Source of the DNA: Methanomicrobia archaeon
Lineage (GTDB): Archaea; Halobacteriota; Bog-38; Methanoflorentales; Methanoflorentaceae
Length of the DNA stretch: 64,000 nucleotides
NCBI GenBank assembly: GCA_015660915.1
Contig: JACTTZ010000010.1
Span: 7,513-71,512, forward strand
Direction: 5' to 3'
Below are positions 7,805 to 16,679 of the stretch, in pieces (the stretch's first letter is position 1; every line of letters starts with the position of its first letter). The notes beneath the pieces are model-generated. The model saw only the letters and a program-made list of their open reading frames with translations, was not told the origin of the DNA and ran no database searches. Made by a program: the position numbers and the translations under genes.

Positions 7805-9679
7805 ATGAACGCTTATGGGCTTGCTGCTGTACTTATTGTGATCCTTCTTTCGTCCGCTGCTGGTCTTCCGACTGTCCGGGCTGCGGACGCCACAGTCAAT
7901 AAGAGCCTCCCCACCGCGGGGGGAGATTCCAACTACTCCCAGGCTCTGAGCAATGCCGCTATCGTGAACGCTTCCGCGACCCAGAAGAAGTACATCGTAT
8001 TTCGGGATGACGATATAGCACCGGACTATCCGAACCCCCATTATCTGGACACATTAAAAGCCGTCAATCAGGTGCACATTGATGAAAACGTCCCTGTGAC
8101 GCTAGCGGTCATTCCACATCCGGATCCGAATCTCAGCGCAAGCACGAACGAGTTGCTGGGAGACACATTGCTCCTCGACTATTTGCGCTCGATTGTGAAC
8201 AGCCCGCTGTTCGAATTCGCGCAGCACGGCTACACGCACCAAGAATACTCGCAAAAAACCGTGAGCACCGTGGAGCTTACCGGGGCAGCTCCACTTTTGG
8301 GTAGCGGCGGGCTGGCCGATGATTTCCCTGGGCTAACATCTGCGGCTCCGCTTGTTGGGCAGTCGCCGAGCGAGTTCTACGGGAGGCCATACGCTGATCA
8401 ATACAACATTATCAAACAAGGACGTGACGATATCAAGGGGGCGTTCGGGGTACAGCCAACGACCTTTGTTCCGCCTTGGAATACCGGTGACAGCAACACT
8501 CTGAAAGCTGCGAACGCACTCGGGTTCACGCTGTATAGCACATCGCCAGCGGACTTTAACACATACGATGCGATCTTGCAGGGGATCCGTGTCCAGGGCG
8601 TGCCCCTTTCGCTCGGCTGGGCAAGCGACACTGATTGGCAGGCGGGAATGTCGCAACTCAACCAGCAGACCGACAGCCTATTGAACGCAGCAAATGGCGG
8701 CGGAACTTTTGTGGTACTCTACCATTTCAAGGATTTTATGAACCCTGACGGATCGCCGGATCCGGCCCGAATAGCACTGTTCACGCAGTACATCGACCAT
8801 CTAAAAGGCCGCGGCGATGTGCTCTTCAGCACGCTTAGCGGTCAATCGGTGCTGAACCCCTCTCCAGCGCCAGCTGTGTACTCGCAGGATGGGAATAGTC
8901 TTGACGTCTTTGCACAAGGCGTATACCATGCCCTCTGGCACAAGGATTGGAATGGCACGACGGGCTGGTCCAGCTGGGAATACCTCGGCGGGTACCTGAC
9001 GTCGTCACCCGTTGTGACGTCATCGGGTAATGGTGCGATTGACGTCTTTGTGCGCGGCACCGACGGCGCCCTCTGGTCGAAGTATACCACGGATGGAGGG
9101 ACCAGCTGGTCCAACTGGATCTCTCTCGGCGGGCAGATTGCTGCCGGCACAGGACCAGCAGCGTGCTCATGGGGCTCAGGCCGTCTCGACGTCTTTGTAG
9201 AGGGTACGGATGGTGCTCTGTGGCATAAAGGAGGTACCGGCACGTGGTCAAGCTGGCAATCCCTCGGCGGGGTTCTTACGTCGTCACCCGCAGCGGCGTC
9301 ACAGACGACCAATAGCATTAACATCGTCGTACGCGGCAACGACGGTGCTTTGTGGCATAAGTGGTGGTCGAACGGATGGTCAAGCTGGCAATCATTGGGC
9401 GGAAAGATTGCCTCCGGTACAGGACCGGCGGCCAGCTCATGGGGCTCAGGCCGTCTCGACGTCTTTGTAGAGGGTACGAACGGCGCCCTGTGGCATCGAC
9501 CGTATAGCGGCAGCTGGGGAGGCTGGGACTCCCTTGGGGGGTACCTAACCTCGTCACCTACAGCAGCGTCATCGACTAGCGGTAAGATTGACGTCTTTGT
9601 CCGCGGCGGCGACAACGGCCTCTGGCAGAAGACCTATAACAACGGGTGGGTATCCTGGACTTCCGTCGGCGATATGTAA
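7805..9679 (+). CDS. Secreted NodB/CE4-type polysaccharide deacetylase (DUF2334-like) fused to a six-repeat Trp-rich PLL-like lectin beta-propeller
   Basis: Signal peptide; VFRDDDI, QHGYTH and FVPPWN motifs; six repeats of PA..SW..GRLDVFV.GTDGALWHK..W..W.SLGG. Confidence 0.85.
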   Translation: MNAYGLAAVLIVILLSSAAGLPTVRAADATVNKSLPTAGGDSNYSQALSNAAIVNASATQKKYIVFRDDDIAPDYPNPHYLDTLKAVNQVHIDENVPVTLAVIPHPDPNLSASTNELLGDTLLLDYLRSIVNSPLFEFAQHGYTHQEYSQKTVSTVELTGAAPLLGSGGLADDFPGLTSAAPLVGQSPSEFYGRPYADQYNIIKQGRDDIKGAFGVQPTTFVPPWNTGDSNTLKAANALGFTLYSTSPADFNTYDAILQGIRVQGVPLSLGWASDTDWQAGMSQLNQQTDSLLNAANGGGTFVVLYHFKDFMNPDGSPDPARIALFTQYIDHLKGRGDVLFSTLSGQSVLNPSPAPAVYSQDGNSLDVFAQGVYHALWHKDWNGTTGWSSWEYLGGYLTSSPVVTSSGNGAIDVFVRGTDGALWSKYTTDGGTSWSNWISLGGQIAAGTGPAACSWGSGRLDVFVEGTDGALWHKGGTGTWSSWQSLGGVLTSSPAAASQTTNSINIVVRGNDGALWHKWWSNGWSSWQSLGGKIASGTGPAASSWGSGRLDVFVEGTNGALWHRPYSGSWGGWDSLGGYLTSSPTAASSTSGKIDVFVRGGDNGLWQKTYNNGWVSWTSVGDM

Positions 9680-9692
9680 CGCTGTCACCACG

Positions 9693-10172
9693 GGCGTTGT
9701 TTGCGCACAAAGCACGAGGCGACGCAAAGACCAACGCCACCGGCTGGTATTCGCTCACCTCGAGTGAGCTATACACCCGCATCTTCGAGTTCCTCACGAA
9801 GTATTTAGCGAATGCCACCTACGCCCCCCTCGACCGCGACACGATATGCTGCAGTGACGCTGAAGGCGAGTTAGGAGGTTACTGAGATAGTACAGCAATC
9901 TATTCTTTTTTCGATTTCAAGGCCTTAGAACGCGCTGAGTGCGGCCTCTCGTCGTCAGTTTCAGATCGGAGCCTTTATTTATCTGGCACGTTCTTGGGCG
10001 TCTAAGAACATTGCAAGAGGCGACGGTGCGCGTAAACAAGATCATCTCATTTTCTCTAGTCATCATTTCCATTGCTGTCTTATTCGCGGGCGCTGTAACC
10101 GTTCCTGCCGCCGCGCAAAGCGATACGATGCAGTTCCGCTACAATGCCCAGCGCATCGGTGATTACAGCCCC
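9693..10172 (+). repeat. Upstream block U, copy 1 (Ig-like remnant + promoter region + signal peptide + start of mature protein)
   Basis: Aligns colinearly with 12396-12892, from ggcgttgtttgcgcacaaagcacgaggcgac through ggtgattacagccccgt. Confidence 0.9.
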
Positions 10173-12053
10173 GTGGCGGGGAAAAACGCATGGAGTGGCA
10201 ACACGTGGAGCTTTACGACCAGAGGCTATGTATTCTCTTCCCCCGCCGTCGCCAACGGCGTCGTCTACGTGGGGAGCGAGGATAACAACGTCTACGCCCT
10301 CGACGCCACCACCGGCGCGAAGCTGTGGACCTACACGACCGGAAGCAGCGTGTACTCCTCTCCGGCCGTCGCCAACGGCGTGGTCTACGTGGGAAGCTAT
10401 GACCACAACGTCTACGCCCTCGACGCCACCACCGGCGCGAAGCTGTGGACCTACACGACCGGAAGCAGCGTGGGGGGCGCCCCCACTGTCGCCAACGGCG
10501 TCGTCCCCGAGGGGAGCTATGACCAAAACGTCTATGCGACCGGAAGTGCCGTGTTCTCCTCTCCGGCCGTCGCCAACGGCGTCGTCTACGTGGGAAGCTA
10601 TGACCACAACGTCTATGCCCTCAACGCCATCACCGGGGCCAAGCTGTGGAGCTTCACGACCGGAAGCAGCGTGCACTCCTCTCCGGCCGTCGCCAACGGC
10701 GTCGTCTACGTGGGGAGCGATGACGGCAACGTCTACGCCCTTAACGCCACCACCGGCGCGAAGCTGTGGACCTACACGACCAGGCTCTACGTGGGCGGCG
10801 CCCCCGCCGTCGCCAACGGCGTCGTCTACGTGGGGAGCGATGACGGCACCGTCTATGCCCTCAACGCCATCACCGGGGCCAAGCTGTGGAGTTTCACGAC
10901 CGGAGGCTACGTGGGCGCATCCCCCGCCGTCATCAACGGGGTGGTCTACGTGGGGAGCTGGGACAACAACGTCTACGCCCTCGACGCCACCACCGGGGCC
11001 AAGCTGTGGAGCTTCACGACCGGAGGCTATGTTGACTCATCCCCTGCCTTCGTCAACGGCGTCGTCTACGTGGGGAGCCTTGACCACAACGTCTACGCCC
11101 TCAGCGCCATCACCGGGGCGGAACTGTGCTACTACACGACCGGAAATGCTGTTGTTTCCTCCCCCGCCGTCGTCAACGGCACGGTGTACGTGGGGAGCGA
11201 CAAGATCTATGCCATAGGCAACCCCCCCACGCTCACGCTCGCCTCGTCACCTGCCGCCGTCTCATGGGGCAATGGGCGAATCGACATAGTTGCGCGCGGC
11301 GGCGACGGCGCCCTCTGGCATAAGTACTACCAGAACGGCTGGTCCGGCTGGGAATCCCTCGGGGGAATCATTTACCCCGGCACAGGGCCCGCCGTGAGCT
11401 CATGGGCTGCGGGGCGGCTCGACATCTTTGTTGTAGGCACGGACCACGCCCTCTGGCACAAGTACTGGCAGAACGGCTGGTCCGGCTGGGAATCCCTCGG
11501 CGGGATCCTCACCTCATCACCCGCGGCGGCCTCACCGGCCTCTGGCAAGATCGACGTCTTTGTGCGCGGCACCGACAGCGGCCTCTGGCAGTTGGAGTAT
11601 AACAACAACGGGTGGGGAAGCTGGACCTCTCTCGGCGGGATCCTTTACCCCGGCACAGGACCGGCGGCCAGCTCATGGGGCTCAGGTCGTCTCGACGTCT
11701 TTGTCGTAGGCACGGACCACGGCCTGTGGCATCAAGGGTATAACGGCGCGTGGTCCGGCTGGGAATCCCTCGGCGGAATCCTCACCTCGTCACCCGCGGC
11801 GGCGTCATCGACTAGTGGCAAGATCGACGTCTTTGTGCGTGGCACCGACGCCGGCCTCTGGCAGGTGGAGTATTCCAACAACGGATGGCTTTCCTGGACC
11901 TCTCTCGGCGGAATCATCTACCCCGGCACAGGACCAGCGGTCAGCTCATGGGGCTCAGGTCGTCTCGACGTCTTTGTCGGGGGTACGGACCTCGCTCTGT
12001 GGCACAAGTACTGGCAGAACGGCTGGTCCGGCTGGGAATCCCTCGGCGGGTAA
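10026..12053 (+). CDS. Secreted PQQ/BamB-like beta-propeller + PLL-like lectin beta-propeller protein (C-terminus cut by nonsense codon)
   Basis: Likely GTG start at 10026 after aagagg; signal peptide; nine 40-aa SSPAVANGVVYVGS units (one defective); six lectin repeats; TAA replaces the TAC of GGYLTSSP. Confidence 0.87.
   Translation: MRVNKIISFSLVIISIAVLFAGAVTVPAAAQSDTMQFRYNAQRIGDYSPVAGKNAWSGNTWSFTTRGYVFSSPAVANGVVYVGSEDNNVYALDATTGAKLWTYTTGSSVYSSPAVANGVVYVGSYDHNVYALDATTGAKLWTYTTGSSVGGAPTVANGVVPEGSYDQNVYATGSAVFSSPAVANGVVYVGSYDHNVYALNAITGAKLWSFTTGSSVHSSPAVANGVVYVGSDDGNVYALNATTGAKLWTYTTRLYVGGAPAVANGVVYVGSDDGTVYALNAITGAKLWSFTTGGYVGASPAVINGVVYVGSWDNNVYALDATTGAKLWSFTTGGYVDSSPAFVNGVVYVGSLDHNVYALSAITGAELCYYTTGNAVVSSPAVVNGTVYVGSDKIYAIGNPPTLTLASSPAAVSWGNGRIDIVARGGDGALWHKYYQNGWSGWESLGGIIYPGTGPAVSSWAAGRLDIFVVGTDHALWHKYWQNGWSGWESLGGILTSSPAAASPASGKIDVFVRGTDSGLWQLEYNNNGWGSWTSLGGILYPGTGPAASSWGSGRLDVFVVGTDHGLWHQGYNGAWSGWESLGGILTSSPAAASSTSGKIDVFVRGTDAGLWQVEYSNNGWLSWTSLGGIIYPGTGPAVSSWGSGRLDVFVGGTDLALWHKYWQNGWSGWESLGG
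10230..11220 (+). repeat. Tandem 120-bp repeats encoding PQQ-like blades
   Basis: gtcgtctacgtggggagc...aacgtctacgccctc...accggcgcgaagctgtgg recurs with a 120-nt period; unit 3 is shortened by 39 nt. Confidence 0.92.
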
Positions 12054-12320
12054 CTGACCTCGTCACCCGCTGCGGTCACTTGTAATGGGCGAATCGACGT
12101 CTTTGTCAGCGGCAACGACGGCGCCTTCTGATAAAAAGACCATTCAGTGGGCAGACTGCCTAGACGCCCATCGCTACGTATCGTTGTCACCACACGCCCG
12201 CTCTGGGTAGTACACAGAGCGTATGAGCCGCCCGGCCCTACTACTTCCGCGCCTACTACGCCGGCAGCTCCGCGGACCGCAAGGCCTTCAGCCCAACCGT
12301 GAAGGGCACAGTGGCCTAGT
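12054..12320 (+). pseudogene. Decayed seventh lectin blade and Ig-like domain remnant downstream of the stop
   Basis: In frame after TAA: LTSSPAAVTCNGRIDVFVSGNDGAF** . Further on, PYYFRAYYAGSSADRKAFSPTVKGTVA* resembles the end of an Ig-like domain. Confidence 0.7.
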
Positions 12321-12391
12321 AGAGTCAACTGGTATACAACATCGACGAGCGCTGTCGTGACGATCACCGTTCATTAGTCCCGACTCGCGAG
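12252..12391 (+). repeat. Downstream block D, copy 1 (140 bp)
   Basis: Near-identical to 14069-14208 (cctactacgcc...gtggcctagtagagtcaactggtatacaacatcgacgagcgctgtcgtgacgatcaccgttcattagtcc.gactcgcgag). Confidence 0.92.
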
Positions 12392-12395
12392 CAAT

Positions 12396-12892
12396 GGCGT
12401 TGTTTGCGCACAAAGCACGAGGCGACCGCGAAGACCAACGCCACCGGCTGTATTCGCTCGCCGCGAGAGAGCTATATGCTGGCATGCACCGGCATCTTCG
12501 AGTTTCTCACGAAGTATCAATAGAGTGCCACCTACGCCCCCTTCGACTCCGACACGGCATACTGCAGTGACGGTGAAGGCGAGTTAGTAGAGGTCGCAGG
12601 GATAGCACAGCAATCTAATCTTTTTGCAATTTCAAAGCCTTATAACGCGCTGAGTGCGGCCTCTCGTGGTCAGTTTCAAACCGGAGTCTTTATAGTACCT
12701 ACGAGATTTTGTTAGGCGTCTAAGAACATTGCAAGAGGCGATGGTGCGCGTATACAAAATCATCTCATTTTCTATAGTGATCCTCCTCATTGCTGTATTA
12801 TTCGCAGGCGCTGTAACAGTTCCTGCAGCAGCACAGACCGATACAGTGCAGTTCCGCTACAACCCTCAGCACACGGGTGATTACAGCCCCGT
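12396..12892 (+). repeat. Upstream block U, copy 2
   Basis: Colinear with 9693-10172; begins 4 nt after block D copy 1 ends. Confidence 0.9.
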
Positions 12893-14015
12893 AGCCGGGA
12901 GCGAAACGGGCAAGCTGACGTGGAGCTTCAAGACTGGAAACTACGTGGGGGGCGCCCCCGCCGCCGTCAATGGGGTGGTCTACATAGGGAGCGATGACGG
13001 CAACGTCTACGCCCTCAACGCCACCACCGGGGCGAAGCTGTGGAACTTCACGACCGGAGGCTACGTGGGCTCATCCCCTGCCGTTGTCAACGACGTCGTC
13101 TACGTGGGGAGCTTTGACCACAACGTCTACGCCCTCAACGCCACCACCGGGGCGAAGCTGTGGAACTTCACGACCGGAGGCCAGGTTGACTCATCCCCTG
13201 CCGTTGTCAACGGGGTGGTCTACGTGGGGAGCCTTGACCACAACGTCTACGCCCTTGACGCTGCCACCGGGGCGAAAGTGTGGAACTTCACGACCGCAGA
13301 CAAGGTGTTCTCCTCTCCTGCCATTGCTAACGACGTCGTCTACGTGGGGAGCCTTGACAACAACATCTACGCCCTCAACGCCATCGCCGGGACGAAGCTG
13401 TGGAATTTCACGACCGGAAGCAGCGTGTTCTCCTCTCCTGCCGTCGCCAACGGCGTCGTCTACGTGGGAAGCTGGGACAAAAACGTCTACGCCCTCAACG
13501 CCACCACCGGGGCGAAAGTGTGGAACTTCACGACCGGAAGCAGAGTGTTCTCCTCTCCTGCCGTCGCCAACGGCGTCGTCTATGTGGGGAGCGACGACGG
13601 CAACGTCTACGCCCTCAACGCCACCACCGCGGCCAAGCTCTGGAACCACACGACGGCAGACAAGGTGTTCTCCTCTCCTGCCATCGCTAACGGCGTCGTC
13701 TACGTGGGGAGCTTTGACCACAACGTCTACGCCCTCAACGCCACCACCGGGACGACGCTGTGGAACCACACGACCGGAAGCAGAGTGTACGCCTCTCCTG
13801 CCATCGCTAACGGCGTCGTCTACGTGGGGAGCGTTGACCACAACATTTACGCCATCGGCAACGCAGCTCCGGCCCCAAGTCAGGGTACGAGCAACGCAGC
13901 TCCGGCCCCAAGTCAGGGTGCGCCGCCCGACGTCCTCGTCATGCTCGTTTTTGTCGGACTCATCTTTGTCGGACTCGTAATCGCAGCTTACGCAGTGAAA
14001 ACATACCGATACTGA
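12741..14015 (+). CDS. Membrane-anchored eight-bladed PQQ/BamB-like beta-propeller surface glycoprotein
   Basis: Signal peptide paralogous to the 10026 gene; eight 40-aa units; duplicated NAAPAPSQG linker; C-terminal TM helix and KTYRY tail. ATG 12741 or GTG 12744 start. Confidence 0.88.
   Translation: MVRVYKIISFSIVILLIAVLFAGAVTVPAAAQTDTVQFRYNPQHTGDYSPVAGSETGKLTWSFKTGNYVGGAPAAVNGVVYIGSDDGNVYALNATTGAKLWNFTTGGYVGSSPAVVNDVVYVGSFDHNVYALNATTGAKLWNFTTGGQVDSSPAVVNGVVYVGSLDHNVYALDAATGAKVWNFTTADKVFSSPAIANDVVYVGSLDNNIYALNAIAGTKLWNFTTGSSVFSSPAVANGVVYVGSWDKNVYALNATTGAKVWNFTTGSRVFSSPAVANGVVYVGSDDGNVYALNATTAAKLWNHTTADKVFSSPAIANGVVYVGSFDHNVYALNATTGTTLWNHTTGSRVYASPAIANGVVYVGSVDHNIYAIGNAAPAPSQGTSNAAPAPSQGAPPDVLVMLVFVGLIFVGLVIAAYAVKTYRY
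12940..13860 (+). repeat. Eight tandem 120-bp repeats
   Basis: Sequence lines 12961, 13081, 13201 ... 13801 align in register every 120 nt. Confidence 0.93.
13860..13919 (+). repeat. 27-bp direct repeat (33-nt period) encoding the NAAPAPSQG linker twice
   Basis: aacgcagctccggccccaagtcagggt occurs twice, separated by acgagc. Confidence 0.9.
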
Positions 14016-14068
14016 ATGGGCGATGTATGTTGGTTAAAAGAATACTGATGCGCCGGAGCTTGCGTTGC

Positions 14069-14208
14069 CCTACTACGCCGTCAGCTCCGTGGACCGCGAG
14101 GCCTTCAGCCCAACCGTGAAGGTCACAGTGGCCTAGTAGAGTCAACTGGTATACAACATCGACGAGCGCTGTCGTGACGATCACCGTTCATTAGTCCAGA
14201 CTCGCGAG
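14069..14208 (+). repeat. Downstream block D, copy 2
   Basis: Near-identical to 12252-12391. Confidence 0.92.
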
Positions 14209-14372
14209 AGTCTGTTGTCGGTCCGAGCTGAAACCAGAAGATGAGACGTCGGCCAAAGCGTAAACGCCGGAAACGTTTTCTATGCCGCTTCTCAAGCCAC
14301 TTTCACGGGCCGCGACGATTAACAACGTCTCAAAACCACAACCCCTATGTATCGTGGCGTAGACGTCTGCGC

Positions 14373-15925
14373 GTGGAAGTAGCAGGGCGAACGATAACCA
14401 AGTATAGCATCGCCTTGTTGGGCATTGTGCTCGCCGGCGCTTTTTTCAGGGTCTATCACTAGGCACACAAAGCCTGTGGCTCGATGAAGTCATATCCGTG
14501 CGTTGGAGCCTGTTGAGCGTGCCTCAAATGGTGCAAGTTACAGCGCAGGATGTGCATCCTCCCCTCTATTACTTCCTGCTACACTACTGGATGACGATTT
14601 TTGGCACCTCAGAGTTCGGTGTGAGGCTTCTATCGGCTCTTTTTGGGATCCTCGCGATACCGATGATCTACGTGGTGGGCCGTCAGCTCTTCAACAAGCA
14701 GGTAGGGCTGGTGGCTGCGCTCAATCTCGCGCTGTCATCGTTCAACATTATGTACTCCCAAGAGGCGCGGATGTATACCCTTATGGTCCTCTTGGCCCTT
14801 CTCTCTATGTACTTTTTCTGGCGCTTCTTACAGCAGGGGAATCTTGTTTCGTCTATCGGCTATGTTCTCTCAACAACGCTTTTGGTGTGGACGCACAATT
14901 ATGGCTGGTTTATCGTCATTGCTCAGAACATCTACGTCGTGATTTTGCTAGCGCTGTCAACGGATCGCACATTTCTGCTGAAGCGCTGGGCCGTGCTGCA
15001 AGCGATCGTTGTAGCGCTTTTTGTTCCGTGGATGGCCGTCTTGATCCAACAAATCTTGCGGCACTTAGCAACGGGATCCAGTTTAGCAGTCCCTACAATA
15101 GCCGATTTTATTTACACCTTTTCTGGCTATTCCGGCACGGTAGTGTTGTTAGTGCTCTTTCTGGGGTTGTCGGTAGTCTCCTTATTCGGGATTCAAAAAG
15201 TACGCGGTTCGATGGATTGGAAAGCTCCTTTGAAAGCTCTCGAAGGCTACGCTTGGGAAGTGCGTATTCAAGGTGCAGCACCGGTGCACTTTCTCGCGGT
15301 GTGGGTGCTCACCATCAACCTCATACCGTTCATTATTTCTCGCTTTTCCACCCCGATATACCTCGACAAATACACGATCGCAGCTTCAGTGGCGCTTTAC
15401 ATACTAGTCGCCAAGGGGATACGAAATATCAACTATAGGTACGCCCAGATCGCTGTTATCGGCATCATCGTCGTATTGTCTATGGCGAATTTGCAAGTGT
15501 ACTATACTTCGATAACAAAGCCGCAAGCGCGACAGGCGATTAGTTTCATTGACACAAATCTCAAAAGCGGAGATGTTGTTTTAATTTCTCCCGACGGCCA
15601 TAGCATAGTTTTTGACTACTACAACAACGGGATAGATGCTGTTGTCAAACCACTCCATTATTGGGGTGTTGTCGGCAACACAACCAACTCTTCGGCAACA
15701 CCGTCAGTCAAGGACAAAATAAACGGAATTCAGTCAGATGTGAGTGGTCACGACAGAGTATGGCTTTTCGCTTCAAACTTCATAGCTGGAAAGGCTGCGG
15801 AGAATTTCACATTACGCATTCTCAATGAATCATACGTGAACATTGAAACTAAGACTTACGCAGGTGGGAGCTCGCTTTTCACATCATATGGCTATGACGT
15901 GTACTTGTTTGAGAAACGCGCGTGA
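14373..15925 (+). pseudogene. GT-C fold (PMT/ArnT, GT39-like) lipid-phosphate-sugar transferase with a 1-nt deletion near 14459
   Basis: Frame 1 ...GAFFRVYH* joins frame 2 LGTQSLWLDEVISVRW if cac-cta is restored from cacta. Downstream motifs: DVHPPLYY, RLLSALFG, YSQEARMY. Confidence 0.85.
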
Positions 15926-15989
15926 ACTTCCTCGAGCCTTGACGTATCGCAGACAGGATCAATCAACGATCCGTCTGACGAACGACAAA

Positions 15990-16180
15990 ACTTGGCATTC
16001 GTTGGTGCAGTCGCTGAGCAACGAACAGATGAGATATCAAGTTCCTGGATGCCCGACGATATACACCAACGCGAGCGGCACGGCTAGGTTCACACAGACG
16101 TGGACGCAAGCCGGCACACTCCCTATTAAGCCTCCTTCGCTGGTGACACGTGGTATAAGGCATCGTCGGTCGCTATCTGA
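15990..16180 (+). pseudogene. Remnant of an Ig-like surface-protein domain
   Basis: TIYTNASGTARFTQTWTQAG, then in a shifted frame SFAGDTWYKASS. No start codon or signal peptide. Confidence 0.4.
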
Positions 16181-16647
16181 TGACTCCAGATCTGGTTGAT
16201 TGCATCAAATGCGCTACGCTTGCAACGCGGGCCAAGTTGCGGCTTATTGATGCCGTGCGCTTGCTTCGTCAGGAGCGAGATGTCTACGCGCACGCGATAG
16301 AGGGCTTGAGGTGTGACGCCGGAGACAAAATTGGCTTTACAGAGCAGTCATTGATTTTGCTCTCCAATGGGCTCATTTGTACGGGAAATACAACAGTATT
16401 TGGAAAAGAAAATCTCCAAACCACCAGCAGATGCTGAAGGAACGTCAGCGGAGAACTAACCAGCGCGTCTTTTTCCACATTTGAGGTAAATCGTTGGCAG
16501 CTCGTTAATGATGGAGTTTGAATCGCGCTATTGTCCTTCGCGTGACGTCTTACAGGGTAGCGGAGGGGGTCTCGCACACAAACGCTTGAGCGATGATCGA
16601 GCACTGTGTGGCCGGGGACAGTTGCTAACATAACGCAGGCCGCACAA

Positions 16648-16656
16648 GCTTTAAGT
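16648..16656 (+). promoter_or_regulatory. TATA-like element upstream of the nucleotide-sugar dehydrogenase/GT cluster
   Basis: caagctttaagta about 25-30 nt upstream of ATG 16680. Confidence 0.35.
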
Positions 16657-16679
16657 AAGCCCCAGCAAACCTCAAGTGG

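Noticed and set aside
10230-13860. Diversity-generating retroelement explanation for the variable codons
   Set aside because: No reverse transcriptase or separate template repeat in the window, and the variants (TGG, GAG, GGG, AAA) are not restricted to adenine positions of one template.
10144-13980. Long Thr/Ser/Pro-rich, mucin-like ORFs (10144-11217, 12994-13980) overlapping the propeller genes
   Set aside because: +1-frame shadows that stay open because a stop-free 120-bp unit is repeated; no independent start or signal evidence.
9693-14208. CRISPR array
   Set aside because: The repeats are protein-coding or long duplicated blocks, with no short repeat-spacer periodicity and no cas genes.
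16180-16640. ORFs 16180-16437 and 16284-16631 as transposase or other gene remnants
   Set aside because: No recognisable domain, and no terminal repeats seen.
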